DNA of 63,996 nucleotides, counting the filler, from Aduncisulcus paluster (lineage: Eukaryota), in assembly GCA_024181965.1 (NCBI GenBank). It is 12 parts of 12 records of this genome, joined end to end, with 100 filler letters (N's around TTAATTAATTAA, not from the genome) between each part and the next. Parts side by side here need not be neighbours in the genome. Positions count along the whole stretch, not along the records: positions 57,235 to 60,191 come from BQXS01011829.1; positions 60,292 to 62,349 come from BQXS01011831.1; positions 62,450 to 63,996 come from BQXS01011883.1; 9 more parts are not named here. The stretch is one strand, 5' to 3'. Below the pieces are notes generated by a model. That model was not told the DNA's origin. It saw only the letters and a list, made by a program, of their open reading frames with translations, and did not search any database. Below, piece after piece: positions 59,113 through 63,996 of this stretch (position 1 is its first letter; every line of letters begins with the position of its first letter). Both the position numbers and the translations under genes were made by a program.

Positions 59113-59778
59113 TTCAGGTCAAATATGGGAATATGTCAACAAGTATGATAGTAGGATGTTGTCAAAACCGAGTCTGAGAAATATTTTTTTCATGAGGAGT
59201 CGGTGAATCGCCGGCTGCTACCGAGATCACAAAGCATTCTTGTTAACCATCACAATTTCAATCTAGCAAGAAAATTTTATTATCATGAAATTTTATTTCT
59301 CAAATCCACGTTATTTTCCAACATTATCGAATTGTTGCATGATCAGATAGAATCGTCGCCACTGGCGATGGTGGCATCATCTAGTAATACTATTTTCTGT
59401 TAAATTATAGTGCCAATTATATTTAAAAAATGATGATATCATTTATCTCTATGTATAATTCACTTTAACTGATTGAGCATTTGAATAATGAAATTGTATG
59501 ATTTCGGGAGAATTCATCAGAATTTAGTTGCAGTATTATATAATCAAGATACGATTGATCAAGACTTTGACACCTATTATTGCTTTCTTATAATCAATAT
59601 CATCAGGAAATGGAAATGATTGGGGATATCGTTTTTACTAGGATAATGAATACATATATTGACCATATGATTCAAATACATCATCACTATATTTATAAAT
59701 GTCATATAAAATACGAGAACTATTCATTTCTACTTCCTTCCAAGCTTCTTCATGCACCGGCGGATGCATTTATTAGGG

Positions 59779-59906
59779 ATAAAGCTTCATTAGGGATATC
59801 TTCCAAACTCCGCTAGGAGATAAATAAAGCTTCATTAGGGAACTACACCTATGTGTCCAACTATCTTCCAAACTCCGCTAGGAGATAAATAAAGCTTCAT
59901 TAGGGA
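59779..59906 (+). repeat. Nested direct repeats: 18-mer x3 and 45-mer x2
   Basis: ATAAAGCTTCATTAGGGA at 59779, 59824, 59889; 59797-59841 = 59862-59906. Confidence 0.9.
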
Positions 59907-60546
59907 AAGGGAGATACTAAAAAGACAGAAATAAAAAGAGAAAAGAAAGGCATTGAAGGATATTAAAGGGTATATTAGGTGGTAACAGACTGACTGCAGT
60001 ACGATAAAGTTTCAGACAAGAAGGATACTGATTGTAGTGTATTCAGCATAGAGACGAAGACACCGAAAGGCAAACTCTACCAAGTAAACAATGTAGTGAA
60101 AAAACTAGTGAACAAAAGTTGCACATAGTGTGTAACTAAAGAACCGAGGAGTAGGAAGGAATGAGTGTACGGTAATCAATAGAAATTTCTGNNNNNNNNN
60201 NNNNNNNNNNNNNNNNNNNNNNNNNNNNNNNNNNNTTAATTAATTAANNNNNNNNNNNNNNNNNNNNNNNNNNNNNNNNNNNNNNNNNNNNTATTTAAAC
60301 TGTTTTATGATTTTGATATGATAGAGTCTAACAGTTCACAGTTGGTCATGTCATTTAGTTAGTAACTATTTTTGTCATCTCAATCTCATCGAGATCTTTT
60401 TCCTTTTTTTGCCCTCCATGTGATCTTCTTCTTCTTTGTGGAGGGTCGGGTGGGAGTTATTTCAGGTAAACTAAGAAAAAGCCCCTGCTCTTGTTCCAAA
60501 ATGGATTTCCATTCTGATTATGGAGACCTTGATCCTAGTGGATGTT

Positions 60547-60799
60547 TCCCCTACCTGACGTTTCGGAATTTATGATCCGGTAAAAAACGCATTTTTCAGG
60601 CGGGAGGCTTCTTCTGGTGGTTCTTCTTGCCTTGGTATCCATTTTTTTTATTCTCGTACAGTTGTACAGTTCTTGATCGATTCTGGTTATAGAGTATTAT
60701 TGTTCCTCCAACTCCAGGAGTTGAACTCCTCGAGAGTTACTCCCGATAGATCTCTCCCCTACCTGACGTTTCTAAAAAACGCATTTTTCAGGCGGGAGG
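60547..60799. repeat. Two copies of a self-complementary 45-bp motif
   Basis: TCCCCTACCTGACGTTTC[16-nt insert in copy 1]TAAAAAACGCATTTTTCAGGCGGGAGG at 60547-60607 and 60755-60799. Confidence 0.85.
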
Positions 60800-61526
60800 T
60801 TCTATTGGGAGGATCTTCGTGCCATGTTCTTGACCCGGTCAAGGGTACTTTTTTTTTACTATTTTTACTCACCGCGTGTTTTCACGATGGTGCAATTTGA
60901 ACATTCCTTTTGCATGTTGTCGCTTTGCGACGCATCGCAAATTGAATTTGTTCAATTGAAAACTATTATTGTTGTTAAAATTCTATTGGATTGTTTATTA
61001 GCTAATGATTATTTCTTTTGTTTAGTAAATCTCAATTTCGATAATTCACAAGTCCAACACTTGAGAAATTCATCTGGATTTAGTCCCTTGATCAATTCGA
61101 AATCTGGATAAATCTACTTTAAATCCAACTTTATCCGAATAAAGCAAAATTTATATTATAAATCCGGATAAGTCAGTTTTTTCATAGTGATCCTTATAAA
61201 TATAGGACGTAACAGGTTCTCGCTAAATTTTTAAACACTAGGATTTTACGATAAATTGTTTCAGATAAATCAATATTCATCATACTAAATCGAAATATAT
61301 AGCTGTAACGTGGTCTTAGATTTTTTGTGACGTTTTTTTTTTTTTGCGCCTTGTATGTTAGCATAATTTATTTTATCTAACTCAGTTAGAGGCTCTTAAC
61401 AATATTCATTTTTTGACAATATTGTTGATAATTTACACAGTAACTTATCATTTTGATCCTATACATACCGGTTTTTTTGAATTTCTTAGGTTTTAATTCT
61501 ATTTGTCACGTTTTATTACTCCAATA

Positions 61527-61982
61527 ATGTCACAAGCTCCAATATTCTCAGAATCAACCGATCAATCTGACTCCCAACCTCTTACTCAAAAGAATGGAAT
61601 TGAGATGCTCAAGTGGATCCGGAAGAAACACACAGAGACAACTAAAATAATTGAAGACCTCAAAAGCTCCAATGAAAGTGAACATAAAGAACTCGAAGAT
61701 GGTCTAAATTCGACATTAGAAGAGTTAAAGACAAAAGTCGATACTCTTACCGGAGTGATGATGAAATTGGATTGTGCCAAAAAAATCTCGGTAACTCTTC
61801 CACATACCTCTCATTCGAAAAGAAGTCCCCCACTATCTCTCTCAACTCATCCTGGCGATTTCTCTGTTAATGGTGAGAAAGGATATGAAAAAGAGAAGGA
61901 AGAGAAGGAAGAGGATGATAAAATAATGGATTCTTCTAAAAAGAAACGTAGTAATACTCCGACTTTGCCTCCTGTAAAATGA
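61527..61982 (+). CDS. Small hypothetical coiled-coil protein
   Basis: ATG 61527 to TGA 61982, coding-like composition between AT-rich flanks. Confidence 0.55.
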   Translation: MSQAPIFSESTDQSDSQPLTQKNGIEMLKWIRKKHTETTKIIEDLKSSNESEHKELEDGLNSTLEELKTKVDTLTGVMMKLDCAKKISVTLPHTSHSKRSPPLSLSTHPGDFSVNGEKGYEKEKEEKEEDDKIMDSSKKKRSNTPTLPPVK

Positions 61983-62100
61983 CAATTTTTTCCAACAATT
62001 TCAAAATTATATCCGATGTTTCATATTCAAAATGATTGTTTAGACTTTATTTTTAGTAAATATTTTCATTATTTTGCATAATATTAGACGGTTTCCTTTA

Positions 62101-62349
62101 CTAGCCATGTGCTATTTGGACAGGAAACGAATAAATCGCATATACTCTTCCCCTCGAAAAGAAGATACTGTCCAAAAGGGTTAAAATTGGAGATACGTCC
62201 GTAAAACTTGTTAATCTTGATTCACACTTTGCTAAACGAATGAAATGCCCATCTCCATCGACTACAAATCCTTCCACTCTCCTCCCTCTCATACTACCTT
62301 CCCTGCCATCGCCAGAGACCCAAGAGTCTCCTCCAGTCACGGATGAGGA
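62101..62349 (-). CDS. 3' end of a hypothetical protein
   Basis: Open from the contig end to TAG 62101. Confidence 0.4.
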   Translation of the reverse strand, partial: SSSVTGGDSWVSGDGREGSMRGRRVEGFVVDGDGHFIRLAKCESRLTSFTDVSPILTLLDSIFFSRGRVYAIYSFPVQIAHG

Positions 62350-62451
62350 NNNNNNNNNNNNNNNNNNNNNNNNNNNNNNNNNNNNNNNNNNNNTTAATTA
62401 ATTAANNNNNNNNNNNNNNNNNNNNNNNNNNNNNNNNNNNNNNNNNNNNCT

Positions 62452-63996
62452 GACACATTCCCCACGTGTGTTGAATCATCCATGGATAATGTGAATGTTG
62501 AGTGTTATAGCATTGATGGCACAGAAACATCGTGTATTGAAGGATGGTATGGTGATGAATCATCGTGTGAGTATGAATGTGCTATTATTGTTACTGCTGA
62601 TGATGTAAGTTCCATGTGTAGTGAAGTGTATGGGTATGGAACATGTGACATTTCCACACATGTCTGTTCATGCTCTGAGGGTTATGAAGGAGACATCTGT
62701 GAATATCTCGCATATGACTCACTTGAAGAGTTTATCTGTGCAAACCGTAATGATTCTTCCATTGTGGAGGTATCTGAAGGAGCAAGCATTGAATGTGTTG
62801 GAAATGAACTGACTCCTGTTGAGGTGCTTGATATCATTGGTCTTGATCTATCATCATCTGGTCTCTCTGATATCTCAGGGTTACGCTTTGCAACAAACTT
62901 GGAGAGTCTAGATATGAGTGGATTGCCCTTGGATGAATCAAAGCCGGCTTCATATCTCTTGATGGAACTGTCCAACCTTTCAAAGTTGCAATATCTTGAT
63001 GTGAGTGGAGCTAATATTGATGGCACCATTTCTGTTTCCAACATTCCAAGCTCTTCTTTGACCATGTTGAAGATGGATTCTCTTGATGTTAGTGTGGGTA
63101 TAGATACAGATTTCTCCCAGTTCTCACATCTTACAACACTCTCTTTGCGAGACAACACATCTTTCACCCTCTCTTCTTCCACATCTTGTTATTTATCTTC
63201 CTCTTCTTCATTCTGTCTGCCATCCTCACTCTTGTCTCTTGACATCAGTGGGTGTTCATCCTTCACTGATTTATCTTCCCTTGTTCCATTGTCCTCATCA
63301 TTGATCTCTCTGAGTGCATCCAACATTGGGCTCACTGATTCTTCAATGTTCGATGTTTCATCTCTATCCTCTCTACAGTCATTAGATCTGTCGAACAATT
63401 CTCTGACAGACATATCTCTGCTGTTCCAGTTGTCCGAGCTGACTTCCTTGGACGTGAGTGAGAACAAGCTGTGTGGAGTGACGGATGAGATATTTAAGTC
63501 ATTCTTCACTCTTTCTAACAGCATCACAATCACGACTGGCAATGAGTCAACTTCCACTGCGATTGGCCAAGATGATGTTTATTGTGGGTATTGTTCCGAT
63601 TCAACTCCTTCTGTCGATCCTTCTTCTAATGTTGTGTGCAAAGAGGTGTGGAGTGGCGAGTACCATACGGATTGTGCCATCTTCAGCTATCGTGATTACT
63701 CCAACTCTGATTCCAACTCTGGCTCTGATTCCAACTCTGGGGAACCGTTAACATGTGTGAACTTTGGATCTGAAGTTGACATTTCTTCCTTAACGTGCTT
63801 GTCTGGCATCGAGTCCAATCCCAACACTCAGTGCATCGGTGTCTACAACGAGTCCGATGCATCCGTTTCTATCGAGAGTGGATGTGTTGAAGGGTGGTAT
63901 GGCGATGAGTGTCTTGATGAATGTCCATTCCAAGGCACTGAGGAATGTGGAGGCTCTGAGTATGGAACATGTGACAGTTCAACACATACTTGTGAT
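62452..63996 (+). CDS. Large Cys-rich EGF-like plus LRR modular protein (likely secreted or surface), partial at both ends; absent from the ORF track
   Basis: Frame +1 has no stop: CSEVYGYGTCDISTHVCSCSEGYEGDICE; LRRs LDLSSSGLSDISGL, LQYLDVSGANI, LQSLDLSNNSLTDIS, LTSLDVSENKLC. Confidence 0.85.

Noticed and set aside
59779..59906. Repeat-spacer-repeat pattern as a CRISPR array
   Set aside because: Only three 18-mers, the spacers share sequence (nested duplication), eukaryotic context, no cas genes
60547..60607. Hammerhead ribozyme on the minus strand (CUGA...GAAAC GUC)
   Set aside because: Core reads CUGAAAA rather than CUGANGA, stem III has no loop and stem I does not pair

Overview
Gene-dense, intron-poor eukaryotic (protist) DNA. 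The window is 12 unrelated contigs joined by artificial N44-TTAATTAATTAA-N44 spacers, with seven internal 20-N gaps whose flanks are duplicated. Gene style suggests a fornicate/metamonad such as Aduncisulcus (inference, not verified). Recognisable genes: UBE2J-type E2, Na+/K+-type P-ATPase alpha, eIF2B-epsilon-like, a GLFG-repeat protein, POLE2 head-to-head with POLR3E, a possible TAF2, triosephosphate isomerase, Nit1-like nitrilase, YbhB/YbcL-type PEBP, a cullin, PTPA, eIF3j, TBC1D19, eRF1 (partial), SMC6 (partial) and an EGF/LRR modular protein. Five short GTATGT...AG introns near gene 5' ends are missed by the ORF track. Mobile DNA: the 3' end of a chromodomain LTR retrotransposon (chromodomain, PPT, 182-bp LTR) abutting a decayed CACTA/Plavaka-like transposase, a candidate solo LTR, and a related repeat on another contig. 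Most notable: an uncharacterised ~140-aa domain found about five times on four contigs, a POLE2 with no room for its N-terminal GINS-binding domain, and a TPI with altered conserved motifs.
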